A stretch of DNA of 64,000 nt from Holosporales bacterium. GTDB taxonomy: Bacteria; Pseudomonadota; Alphaproteobacteria; Holosporales; CAZGKG01. The notes under the pieces were generated by a model, which did no database searches, had not been told where the DNA came from, and saw nothing but the letters and a program-made list of their open reading frames with translations. The DNA is taken from positions 90,274 through 154,273 of the forward strand of contig JBIKIF010000001.1 of assembly GCA_044361745.1 (NCBI GenBank). The letters run 5' to 3'. This document shows, piece after piece, positions 56,246 through 64,000 of the stretch (within the stretch, counting starts at the first letter, position 1; the number at the start of each line of letters is the position of its first letter). The position numbers and the translations under genes were made by a program.

Positions 56246-57028
56246 TCACGGGGTACTATCAGGCATCGCAAGAAGATTATTTTTGTTTTGGATTGTTTTT
56301 ACAATGTCACCGTATGTATCGATAGGTCCGACAGTGTTTATCAACGATTCGATGGCTTCTGCGAGGGTTGTTGTATCTGAGTTAATCTTATTGATGGCAC
56401 CGAGGTTCCCGGTGAGTTGTTTGTAGACGTCATCGGCCTCTCCCCCAGTGACGTTTCCGATAGCGCTTTGCACAGCGGTGACAGCTGTGGCCAAAACGGT
56501 TCCTCCGGCTTGTAACGCCGTTGTGGAAGTATTGACATTGGTGAAAACGTCACTTGTTGCTAACCCACCGACAGCGTCTTTCACATCGGTGACAGCTGTG
56601 GCCAAAACGGTTCCTCCGGCTTGTAACGCCGTTGTGGAAGTATTGACATTGGTGAAAACGTCACTTGTTGCTAACCCACCGACAGCGTCTTTCACACCGG
56701 CGACAGCTGTGGCCAAATCGGTTGCTCTGGTGTTTAACGCCGTTGTGGAAGTACTGACATTGGCGACAACGTCACTTGCTACTCCACCGACAGCGTCTTT
56801 CACAGCGGTGACAGCTTTTATGAGTTTAGCCTCTAATACGAGAATACTTGCTTGGGCGCCGATTGTTTGTGCAATGTCACTGTCGTCATCGATAGATCCG
56901 ATCTTTGTGATCACAGCTTGGACAGATTCTGTAAGGTTATTATTTGGTGGGGTGCCTTTGACAGGCGTGAGAGACGATCCGCAAGCCAAAAGCGCCATGG
57001 TCCATAAAATTTTGTGATGTGTGTGCAT
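56246..57028 (-). CDS. repeat-containing surface lipoprotein
   Basis: Lipobox LLACGSS. Central 37-aa units TAVTDVKDAVGGLATSDVFTNVNTSTTALQAGGTVLA. The N- and C-terminal flanks resemble each other (SVQAVITKIGSIDDDSDIAQTI versus AIESLINTVGPIDTYGDIVKTI). Confidence 0.7.
   Translation of the reverse strand: MHTHHKILWTMALLACGSSLTPVKGTPPNNNLTESVQAVITKIGSIDDDSDIAQTIGAQASILVLEAKLIKAVTAVKDAVGGVASDVVANVSTSTTALNTRATDLATAVAGVKDAVGGLATSDVFTNVNTSTTALQAGGTVLATAVTDVKDAVGGLATSDVFTNVNTSTTALQAGGTVLATAVTAVQSAIGNVTGGEADDVYKQLTGNLGAINKINSDTTTLAEAIESLINTVGPIDTYGDIVKTIQNKNNLLAMPDSTP
56477..56806 (-). repeat. in-frame tandem repeat, units of 111, 111 and 108 bp
   Basis: Unit 1 (56477-56587) and unit 2 (56588-56698) differ at one base by direct comparison. 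Unit 3 (56699-56806) is diverged and one codon shorter. Confidence 0.9.
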
Positions 57029-57192
57029 TCTGATATCCCCCTACAAGATTTAATTTTTAAAAGACTTATTTTTGTCTGATTTATACAAAATTATCTATAA
57101 AAGTCAATATATTATTTTTTTAAATAAAATTTTGGGATCGCCAGGGGGGGGAGAGATGCAACGGCGCTGAAAGGGCTTTTGCAAAAAGAGGG

Positions 57193-57224
57193 TGTGGACT
57201 GGCTGTGGATAAGTTTGTGGACAG
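57193..57224. promoter_or_regulatory. DnaA-box cluster (one perfect, two degenerate)
   Basis: TGTGGATAA at 57204-57212 is the exact complement of TTATCCACA. It is flanked by TGTGGACTG (57193) and TGTGGACAG (57216) at 11-12 bp spacing. Confidence 0.4.
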
Positions 57225-57228
57225 GGTA

Positions 57229-57273
57229 TCCATAAACTCCCATTGACACCCATAAGATCCCATGATAACCCAG
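57229..57273. promoter_or_regulatory. phased pentamer array (candidate MraZ operator) overlapping a TTGACA -35 box
   Basis: TCCAT, CCCAT, CCCAT, CCCAT and CCCAG start at 57229, 57239, 57249, 57259 and 57269, exactly 10 bp apart. TTGACA lies at 57243-57248. mraZ starts at 57345. Confidence 0.5.
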
Positions 57274-57344
57274 AATTATAGGGTTCTTAAGACCCACAAT
57301 TTCTTATTTTTCAGTATCTTGATTCAGGGGATAACTCAGAAAAA

Positions 57345-57812
57345 ATGGCCATTTTCTTAGGGTCCTACACGAATAAAATCGACAAAAAGGGACGGGTGTC
57401 TGTGCCTGCCTCTTTTCGCGCCGTCCTGTCGGAGCAGACGTTTCAAGGGTTTGTGGCGTTTCGGTCTGTGACAGTGCCTGCGGTTGAAGGTTTTGGAATG
57501 GACCGGATGGAGCGTTTGAGTTCCCAGATCGATACCCTGGATCCGTTTTCCCAAGATCAAGATGATTGGACCGCCAGCATTTTTGCAGAAGCCCAGCCTC
57601 TGGCTTTTGATGGGGAGGGGCGCATTTTGCTTCCGGAGAAACTGATTGTGCACGCCAGCCTTCAGGAGACTGTTGCGTTTGTAGGCCGAGGCGCAACGTT
57701 CCAGCTTTGGAATCCAGGTCTTTTTGAGGCCCACCAAGAGCAGGCGCGGAAGCGTTTACTGGAACGGAAGCCTTCTCTACCGTCTCTGAAAGGGCTGGAG
57801 TCTTCCTCATGA
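57345..57812 (+). CDS. mraZ: division/cell wall cluster transcriptional regulator MraZ
   Basis: MAIFLGSYTNKIDKKGRVSVPASFR and a second SpoVT/AbrB-like half with DGEGRILLP. Confidence 0.92.
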   Translation: MAIFLGSYTNKIDKKGRVSVPASFRAVLSEQTFQGFVAFRSVTVPAVEGFGMDRMERLSSQIDTLDPFSQDQDDWTASIFAEAQPLAFDGEGRILLPEKLIVHASLQETVAFVGRGATFQLWNPGLFEAHQEQARKRLLERKPSLPSLKGLESSS

Positions 57813-58777
57813 GTGACCATGTGCCTGTGATGCGGGATCAGGTGCTTGCTTTGATAGACCCAAAGCCGGGCATTTATGTGGACAGCACTTTCGGTCGGGG
57901 CGGCTATACGAAGGCGCTGCTCGACAGCCATCCAGAGGTCCAGGTGATTGGGATCGACAGGGATCCAGACGCCATAGCTTGGGGCAGAGCCCACTTAGAG
58001 CCCTTGTATGGGTCCAGGCTCACCCTTGCTCATGACAAATTCAGTGCTATTCAGGCTGTTTTAACAAATCTTAATATTTCGTCTATTCAAGGAATTATGT
58101 TTGATTTGGGGGTGTCCTCTCCCCAGCTGGATCAGGCGCACCGTGGATTTTCCTTCTCGCAAGAGGGGCCTTTGGATATGGGTATGGGCCTCAATGATCA
58201 AACGGCTTCCGATGTTCTCAACCACATGCCTGCGGAAGATTTATCAAATCTTCTCTACACGTTGGGGGGAGAGAAATATGCTCGTGTCATTGCCCGTCAT
58301 GTGGAGTCTTATCGGAAGAGCGCCCCCTTTGAGACCACCCTTGAATTTGCCGAATTGATTGGGCGGGTGATCAAGCGGAGAGACCCCTCTGGGATTCATC
58401 CTGCCACCCGGTCTTTTCAGGCGCTGCGTATGCATGTGAATCAAGAACTTGAAGAATTAACTCTGGCTCTGGAGGCCGCTGTCCCTGCCCTAGCCCCTGG
58501 GGGACGGCTGGTGGTTGTCTCTTTCCATTCCCTAGAGGACGGTCTGACGAAACGTTTTTTACGGACTCAAAGTGCGCATCCCCAAAGCCCGAATCGTCAT
58601 GGGTTCCCACAGATGGGGGCGGCTGATGCGAGTGTTCTCACGCTGTCTGTGCCAGGAAAGCAGCCTCTGTCTCCGACGCGGGAGGAGACGATGGGAAATC
58701 CGAGGGCGCGCTCAGCCCGTCTGCGTTGGGCCGTGCGTCTTGGGTCTTTGGGGGAGGAAGGTGGTTTGTGCAAATAA
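57809..58777 (+). CDS. rsmH: 16S rRNA (cytosine1402-N4)-methyltransferase RsmH
   Basis: HVPVM...DSTFGRGGYT, FDLGVSSPQLD, SFHSLEDGLTK and NPRARSARLR motifs. Confidence 0.92.
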   Translation: MSDHVPVMRDQVLALIDPKPGIYVDSTFGRGGYTKALLDSHPEVQVIGIDRDPDAIAWGRAHLEPLYGSRLTLAHDKFSAIQAVLTNLNISSIQGIMFDLGVSSPQLDQAHRGFSFSQEGPLDMGMGLNDQTASDVLNHMPAEDLSNLLYTLGGEKYARVIARHVESYRKSAPFETTLEFAELIGRVIKRRDPSGIHPATRSFQALRMHVNQELEELTLALEAAVPALAPGGRLVVVSFHSLEDGLTKRFLRTQSAHPQSPNRHGFPQMGAADASVLTLSVPGKQPLSPTREETMGNPRARSARLRWAVRLGSLGEEGGLCK

Positions 58778-59064
58778 TCTGGACTCTTGGGCTTTTGGTG
58801 TTGATTGTGTGTAGTGGAGCTCTGTTCCATGTGAAATACCAGGCGGTGTATCTGGAGGGGGAGCTTCAGTCTATTGAGCGGAGACGAAAGGAAGCCATCC
58901 AGACGACTCGTCTCTTAAGAGCAGAATGGGCGTGTCTGAATGAGCCAGAGCGACTGGAGCATCTGGCAAAGAAATATTTGCCTGACTTTGCAACCCCCAT
59001 GGCGGGGCAGATTTTTACAGCGAAAGACATTGGTCTTGTGGATGCCCCTTCGGAGGAGCCATGA
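58768..59064 (+). CDS. ftsL: cell division protein FtsL (alphaproteobacterial type)
   Basis: Single TM IIWTLGLLVLIVCSGALF, then a coiled coil ending AEWACLNEPERLEHLAKKYL. GTG start at 58768 is uncertain; the track gives 58726. Confidence 0.7.
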   Translation: MQIIWTLGLLVLIVCSGALFHVKYQAVYLEGELQSIERRRKEAIQTTRLLRAEWACLNEPERLEHLAKKYLPDFATPMAGQIFTAKDIGLVDAPSEEP

Positions 59065-60734
59065 ATCATTTGTCGTCTCCGCAAAAACGTCTTAGTGTTC
59101 TGATGGTTGGATTGACCTTTATCTTTTTGATGTTGACAGGTCGCCTGTGGCAATTGACGGTGGGGGCTTTTGATGGGGATGAGGTCGCGCGGGTTAAGGC
59201 CCAGACAGAGCAACCCAGGGCTGTTTTTGTGGACCGAAAAGGTGTGCTTCTGGCAACGAATATTCGTACATTTTCTCTGTATGCAAACCCTAAGTGCATT
59301 CCTGACAAGACCCAAGCGGCCCAAAAGCTTTGTCATTTGTTTCCCCAGTTGGACCGGGTCGCGTTCTTAAATCGCCTCCAAAAAAACAAACAATTTGTTT
59401 GGGTCGCTCGTCATATTTCCCCCCAAACAAAAGAGGATGTGTTGAGACTGGGAATCCCTGGTCTCGAATTAATGGAGGACCAACGGCGCATTTGGCCTCA
59501 CGGTATTTTATGCTCGGAATTTCTGGGGCTTACGAATTTGGATTGTGCGGGTATTTCTGGTCTTGAATTAGGGTTGGATTCGCAGCTTCGCCAAGCCAGC
59601 GACGCCGTCTCTTTAAGTGTTGATCTGAGGGTGCAGCACATTGCCCGCGATGCCCTTCAGGAATCCATCAATCTTTTCAAAGCAGAGGCAGGAAACGTTC
59701 TTCTGATCAAAGTCAAAACGGGAGAGATTATTGCCAGTGTTTCTCTTCCAGATAAGGATCCTTATGCCAAGACGGGCTCCCAAAACCAAAACCTTTTCAA
59801 CAGCAACACGAATGCGGTGATTGAGTTCGGCTCTCTGCTGAAAATTCACAATACGGCGATGGCTCTGGATTCCGGGGTTTCCAATTTGAATTCCCTGTAT
59901 GATGCATCGTGCCCCATCCGCATTGGGCGTTTTAGTGTCAAAGATTTTAAGGGAAAGAATCGTGAATTGACAGTGACAGAAGCATTTTTGTTTTCTTCCA
60001 ACATTGCGAATGCAAAAATGGCTCTTCAAGCAGGCAGTCATCGGCAGCGGGCGTTTTTTGAAAAGATGGGATTTTATGAGGCTGTTGCTTTAGAGATCCC
60101 AGAGCGTGCTAAGCCTTTAATGCCCAAAGCCTGGGGTGTGCCTACCCAGATTACGGCGTCTTATGGGTATGGGTTAGCGGTGACACCTCTTCATATTGTG
60201 CAAAGCCTGAGTACGATGTTAACGGGGATCAAGCGTCCATTGACGTTTTTGAAACAAGACAAACCGATTCCTGGGAAACGCCTTCTCAAAGAAAAAACTG
60301 TGCAGCAAATGCGGTTTTTACTTCATGAGGCGACCCTGAATGGGCAAGCAAAAAAAGCAGTGGTTCCAGGGATTCATGTGGGGGCGAAAACAGGGACTGC
60401 AAACATGCGGAATGCCCGCGGTCAATATGTTGAGAAACAAAATATGGTGTCTTGTTTGGGGGCCTTTCCCATCGAGGATCCTGAATATGTTTTGTTGGTC
60501 ACCGTTCAAAGGCCAAAACCGAATGCGTTGACTCATGGGTATGCGACGGCTGGATGGATTGCCGCTCCTTTGTTTAGCAACATTGTCCAGCGTGCAGCTC
60601 CTCTTTTAAATGTGTTTCCCAGCCAAACAAAAGAATCCTGTGAAAAAGCTGAGTTGTTTTTAAGGCAGGATGAACCGTCTGGAGGGACAATGATTGACAC
60701 TCTTTTAGCCAGTTTGGTTTCTGAGGTTGAGTAA
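59061..60734 (+). CDS. ftsI: peptidoglycan D,D-transpeptidase FtsI (class B PBP)
   Basis: N-terminal TM. SxxK as GSLLK, SSN and KTGT motifs. Position after ftsL. Confidence 0.88.
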   Translation: MNHLSSPQKRLSVLMVGLTFIFLMLTGRLWQLTVGAFDGDEVARVKAQTEQPRAVFVDRKGVLLATNIRTFSLYANPKCIPDKTQAAQKLCHLFPQLDRVAFLNRLQKNKQFVWVARHISPQTKEDVLRLGIPGLELMEDQRRIWPHGILCSEFLGLTNLDCAGISGLELGLDSQLRQASDAVSLSVDLRVQHIARDALQESINLFKAEAGNVLLIKVKTGEIIASVSLPDKDPYAKTGSQNQNLFNSNTNAVIEFGSLLKIHNTAMALDSGVSNLNSLYDASCPIRIGRFSVKDFKGKNRELTVTEAFLFSSNIANAKMALQAGSHRQRAFFEKMGFYEAVALEIPERAKPLMPKAWGVPTQITASYGYGLAVTPLHIVQSLSTMLTGIKRPLTFLKQDKPIPGKRLLKEKTVQQMRFLLHEATLNGQAKKAVVPGIHVGAKTGTANMRNARGQYVEKQNMVSCLGAFPIEDPEYVLLVTVQRPKPNALTHGYATAGWIAAPLFSNIVQRAAPLLNVFPSQTKESCEKAELFLRQDEPSGGTMIDTLLASLVSEVE

Positions 60735-61773
60735 GAGTTCTTTTTCAGAAGCCCTTCTGGATTGGTATGATCGTGAAGCTCGCGTGCTTCCGTGGAGATC
60801 TTTGCCGGGTGGTCCCCTTCCCAACCCTTATCCTATCTGGGTGAGTGAGATTATGTTGCAGCAAACGACTGTGCAAGCGGTTGTGCCTTATTTTCAAAGA
60901 TGGATGAATCGTTTGCCAACTTTGGAGGCCCTTGCTCAGGCGTCTTCAGATGAGATGATGGATCTTTGGCAGGGGCTTGGGTATTACAGTCGGGTCCGCA
61001 ATATGCACCGCACCGCCCAAATCCTTGTCGCGCAGGGAGGGAAATTCCCAAAAACTGAGAAAGAATTGCGCTCGTTGCCTGGCATTGGTCCCTATACAGC
61101 TGGTGCGCTTCTGACGATTGCCTTCGGTCAAGAAGCGGTCGCTTTGGACGGAAACATTGTGCGTGTGCTCAGCCGTTATTTTGCCCGTCCTGGGATCGGT
61201 GAGGATTTAAAAAAATGTCTGAAGCCCCTCGCCCAAAGCCTTTTGCCCCCCCAAAGATTTGGGGACTATACCCAGGGCCTAATGGATCTGGGGGCACGGA
61301 TCTGCACGCCTCAAGCGCCTCAATGCAGCCAGTGTCCAGTTTCGGAGACCTGTCAGGCGTTTCTTGCGGGAACGCCCCGCGCATTCCCGCAGAAAGCCCC
61401 TAAGCTTATCAGACCTACAAAATATCGACATGCTTTTTGGATGAGCCGTCCTGCAGATGGGGCGATGTTTTTGGAGTGTGAGACAACGGAGCGACTTCTT
61501 CGGGGGCTCTGGCGTTTTCCATTCTCAGGCATGACAACGGATCCGGATGCCCCTGTCATATTCCCCATTCTAGGGAATTGGACTCCTTTAGACCAAACGG
61601 TCCGCCATGTCTTTACTCACTTTACGCTGTGCCTTCGTATTTGGAAGCTCGAGTGGGCCGACTCTCCCTTCGACAAACCGGGAGCTTGGGTTCTTCCGGA
61701 AAATGTTTTTTGTTACGCAACGTCAAGCCTTATGAAAAAAATTTTAGGAATCATTGGTGCGGAATCAAAGTGA
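60727..61773 (+). CDS. mutY: A/G-specific adenine DNA glycosylase MutY
   Basis: LDWYDREARVLPWR, WVSEIMLQQT, GLGYYSRVRN and the Fe-S cluster CTPQAPQCSQCPVSETC. A C-terminal NUDIX-like domain is present. Confidence 0.9.
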   Translation: MSKSSFSEALLDWYDREARVLPWRSLPGGPLPNPYPIWVSEIMLQQTTVQAVVPYFQRWMNRLPTLEALAQASSDEMMDLWQGLGYYSRVRNMHRTAQILVAQGGKFPKTEKELRSLPGIGPYTAGALLTIAFGQEAVALDGNIVRVLSRYFARPGIGEDLKKCLKPLAQSLLPPQRFGDYTQGLMDLGARICTPQAPQCSQCPVSETCQAFLAGTPRAFPQKAPKLIRPTKYRHAFWMSRPADGAMFLECETTERLLRGLWRFPFSGMTTDPDAPVIFPILGNWTPLDQTVRHVFTHFTLCLRIWKLEWADSPFDKPGAWVLPENVFCYATSSLMKKILGIIGAESK

Positions 61774-61903
61774 GAGCTCAAATTCTTGCCTGTTTAGCAT
61801 GGGTTTTCGGGCCTCAAAAGCATTATTGCAAATAAAGTGCTAATAATGCTAGAGTCAGCTCCTTAATAGGAAATATGATAAATCCTAAACTAGGGTATAG
61901 GTT

Positions 61904-62380
61904 ATGGGCATGAAGATTCCAATGACACAGCAGGGGTTTCGTAAACTGCAGGATGAGTTGCTCCATCTCAAAATGACGGAGCGGCCTCGCGTAATTCAAG
62001 AAATTGCGGACGCGCGTCGTCATGGGGATTTGTCTGAGAATGCGGAATATCATGCGGCACGGGAAAAACAATCCTTTGTTGAAAATCGGATCGTTGAAAT
62101 TGAAGATCGCTTGTCTCGGGCGGAGGTGATTGATGTCACAAAGCTCTCAGGGGCGCAAATTCTTTTTGGAGCGACGGTGACGCTTGTGGATGAAGAAACA
62201 GAAGAAAAATTGACTTACCAGATTGTTGGGGAAGACGAAGCGGATATTAAAAGCGGACGCCTTTCGATCACAGCTCCCCTGGCCCGTTCTCTTGTGGGTA
62301 AAAATGCGGGGGATGTTTTGGAAGTCACGACGCCTCGGGGTCATAAAGTTTACGAAATTTTGGGCGTTGCGTACAGTTAA
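61904..62380 (+). CDS. greA: transcription elongation factor GreA
   Basis: [15 protein letters not shown]...[16 protein letters not shown] and the C-terminal [22 protein letters not shown]. Confidence 0.92.
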   Translation: MGMKIPMTQQGFRKLQDELLHLKMTERPRVIQEIADARRHGDLSENAEYHAAREKQSFVENRIVEIEDRLSRAEVIDVTKLSGAQILFGATVTLVDEETEEKLTYQIVGEDEADIKSGRLSITAPLARSLVGKNAGDVLEVTTPRGHKVYEILGVAYS

Positions 62381-62403
62381 CCTTCGTATGCGGGGATCCT
62401 TCC

Positions 62404-62889
62404 ATGCGGTGTCCTTTTTGTGGTCATGAAGAAAGTGTTGTCAAAGATTCACGCCCTACGGACGAGAACACCACCATTCGAAGGCGCCGTCTGTGTGTGA
62501 CCTGTGGCTCTCGTTTTTCCACAGTGGAGCGGGTGAGCCTGAGAGAGCTCACGGTTCTTAAAAAGAATGGTGTCACAGAACCGTTTAAAGCGGATAAATT
62601 GGGACGTTCCGTTCGTTTGGCCCTTCATAAACGCCCCATTCCGCCTGAACAAACGGATAAAATCTTAAACAGTCTGATCCGACAACTTGAAATGCTTGGG
62701 GAAGGAGACGTTCCCTCTCATGTGATTGGGGAGAAGGTGATGGACGTTTTATCAACCCTTGATTCTGTCGCTTATATCCGTTTCGCTTCTATTTACCGAA
62801 ATTTCCAAGAGGCGAAAGATTTTGAAACGTGGGTGCAGAAAGTCAGCCCAGAGGGTGGAGAGCCCTTGGAGAGTTCTCAAAACTCCTAG
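62404..62889 (+). CDS. nrdR: transcriptional repressor NrdR
   Basis: MRCPFCGHEESVVKDSRP...RRRRLCVTCGSRFST zinc ribbon plus an ATP-cone. Confidence 0.92.
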   Translation: MRCPFCGHEESVVKDSRPTDENTTIRRRRLCVTCGSRFSTVERVSLRELTVLKKNGVTEPFKADKLGRSVRLALHKRPIPPEQTDKILNSLIRQLEMLGEGDVPSHVIGEKVMDVLSTLDSVAYIRFASIYRNFQEAKDFETWVQKVSPEGGEPLESSQNS

Positions 62890-63076
62890 AGCGACCTCGA
62901 CATGACATTCAAATGTCACGCCTCATCTTGTCCCCCTGGCAAAACTGATTTTAGGGCCGCCTCTAGAGGCCGGTTAAGGTTGTTTCAGGCGGGGTTTTAG
63001 CATCGACCAAGGTTAAAAGGGTTTTTTATTGGGCTGGCCTTGGTTTGCCTCGTGTCAAGTTTTTTTTGAACGAAAC

Positions 63077-63121
63077 CACAATATTTTGCGTCTTGTCTTT
63101 TGCAAACCACTATATATAGTG
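63077..63121. promoter_or_regulatory. tandem NrdR boxes
   Basis: Perfect 14-bp palindrome CACTATATATAGTG (63108-63121) and an imperfect copy CACAATATTTTGCG (63077-63090), centres 31 bp apart. Both are preceded by AAAC. They lie upstream of the reductase gene. Confidence 0.7.
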
Positions 63122-63266
63122 TGCCCATAGGGAGAGTTCTCCCCAGAATGTTCACCTCTCTGCGCCTTCAAAATGGATGCTTTTGGGCCAAATTTGTGCT
63201 GATGAGCGGTTCATTTTTGTGCGCCGAACACTATTGTTTTTTGACAAGATGGCCAAGGATGGGTAT

Positions 63267-64000
63267 ATGATTGACTATGGTGTGCCAACGCGCCTAGAAC
63301 GGAATGATCTCCTGACGGATTTCGGGAAGAAAACCCTTGAAAACCAGTATCTTTTGCCGGGGGAATCCTACCAGGATCTCTTTGCCCGTGTTGCGCGGAC
63401 CTATGGTGATAATGAGGCGCACAGCCATCGCATGTACGATTATATTTCCCGCCATTGGATGATGCCGGCCACACCGATTCTTGCGAACGGCGGCAGTGAT
63501 CGGGGGCTTCCCATCTCATGCTTTCTGAACGAAGCATCGGATAGTATGCAGGGGATCGTGGATTTGTGGGTTGAAAATGTCTGGCTTGCCTCGCGGGGTG
63601 GGGGGATTGGAAGTTATTGGGGAAACCTGAGAGCCATTGGAGAAAAGATCAAGAGCAACGGAGAGACGACAGGGGTGATTCCCTTCATCAAGGTGATGGA
63701 TAGTATGACCTTGGGGATTTCACAGGGATCTTTGCGCCGAGGATCGGCGGCCATCTATCTGCCGATCAATCACCCAGAAATCGAAGAGTTCCTTGAAATC
63801 CGTAAGCCGACGGGGGGGGATCACAACCGCAAAGCCCTCAATCTCCATCACGGCATCGCGATTACGGATGGGTTTATGGAGGCTGTCGAAGCGGACGCGC
63901 TTTGGTCTCTGGTCAGCCCCCGAACGGGAGAAACCCTGAGACAAGTTCAGGCGCGCGTTTTGTGGAGCAAGATTTTATCTATGCGGGTTGAAACGGGCGA
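63267..64000 (+). CDS. ribonucleotide reductase large (alpha) subunit, N-terminal part; runs off the window, not in the ORF track
   Basis: My own translation gives MIDYGVPTRLERNDLLTDFGKKTLENQYLLPGESYQDLFARVA...MMPATPILANGG...GLPISCFLN...SRGGGIGSYWGNLRAIGE...SLRRGSAAIYLPINHPEIEEFLEIRKP. ATG at 63267 follows AAGGA. In-frame ATGs also occur at 63249 and 63177. No ATP-cone is seen, and the class cannot be determined from this fragment. Confidence 0.85.
   Translation, partial: MIDYGVPTRLERNDLLTDFGKKTLENQYLLPGESYQDLFARVARTYGDNEAHSHRMYDYISRHWMMPATPILANGGSDRGLPISCFLNEASDSMQGIVDLWVENVWLASRGGGIGSYWGNLRAIGEKIKSNGETTGVIPFIKVMDSMTLGISQGSLRRGSAAIYLPINHPEIEEFLEIRKPTGGDHNRKALNLHHGIAITDGFMEAVEADALWSLVSPRTGETLRQVQARVLWSKILSMRVETG

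Noticed and set aside
56477-56806. The tandem 111-bp repeats as a possible CRISPR or other non-coding array
   Set aside because: The units are contiguous without spacers, have a length divisible by three, and are in frame within a lipoprotein ORF.
61819-61850. 9-bp perfect inverted repeat AGCATTATT / AATAATGCT with a 14-nt loop between mutY and greA
   Set aside because: It has no adjacent U-tract and an AT-only stem. It could be an operator or a chance palindrome, and there is not enough evidence to assign a function.

Overview
All calls come from reading the sequence and the ORF translations against remembered family motifs. No database search was run.

The window looks like a chromosomal segment of an alphaproteobacterium. 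The evidence is thyX, pdhA-pdhB-pdhC, a DksA with a degenerate zinc finger, and a flagellar gene order (flgH-flgA-flgG-flgF divergent from fliL-fliM-X-motE) like the one I recall for Caulobacter. Signs of gene decay and many orphan secreted proteins would fit a host-associated lifestyle, but that is inference.

Contents, left to right:
- The 3' end of rpoN, then two divergent orphan secreted proteins.
- grxD and an aspartate aminotransferase.
- A T6SS spike module: vgrG, a YwqK/MORN-repeat protein and a DUF4280 PAAR-like protein.
- HU, a VUT/YhhQ-like transporter and ygfZ.
- A T6SS membrane-complex operon, tssL-tssM-tssA. No sheath, tube or baseplate genes are visible anywhere in the window.
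- thyX, tRNA-Val, dnaX, yggT and a UPF0126/TRIC channel.
- An RND efflux pair, pdhABC, dksA, tRNA-Leu, RNase D and priA.
- A large AsmA/YhdP-like protein, followed by an AT-rich islet with a TAG-interrupted secreted methyltransferase-like gene.
- About 11 kb of flagellar genes, including a tandem motE duplication and fliQ-fliR-flhB headed by a degenerate ABC ATPase.
- map and lptF-lptG-lptD, then an MFS pump.
- A small islet with an IS5-family transposase remnant and a lipoprotein gene carrying near-perfect 111-bp tandem repeats.
- mraZ-rsmH-ftsL-ftsI followed directly by mutY, then greA, nrdR and the 5' part of a ribonucleotide reductase large subunit. That last gene runs off the window and is absent from the ORF track.

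Regulatory candidates read directly from the DNA:
- A phased CCCAT array over a TTGACA box upstream of mraZ.
- A perfect DnaA box with two degenerate neighbours next to an AT-rich tract.
- Tandem NrdR boxes upstream of the reductase gene.
- A TTAA-N7-TTAAC CtrA-type box upstream of the fliQ operon.

The most interesting part is the dispersed T6SS. Its vgrG module has no recognisable toxin; the only non-structural gene in it is a YwqK/MORN-repeat protein.
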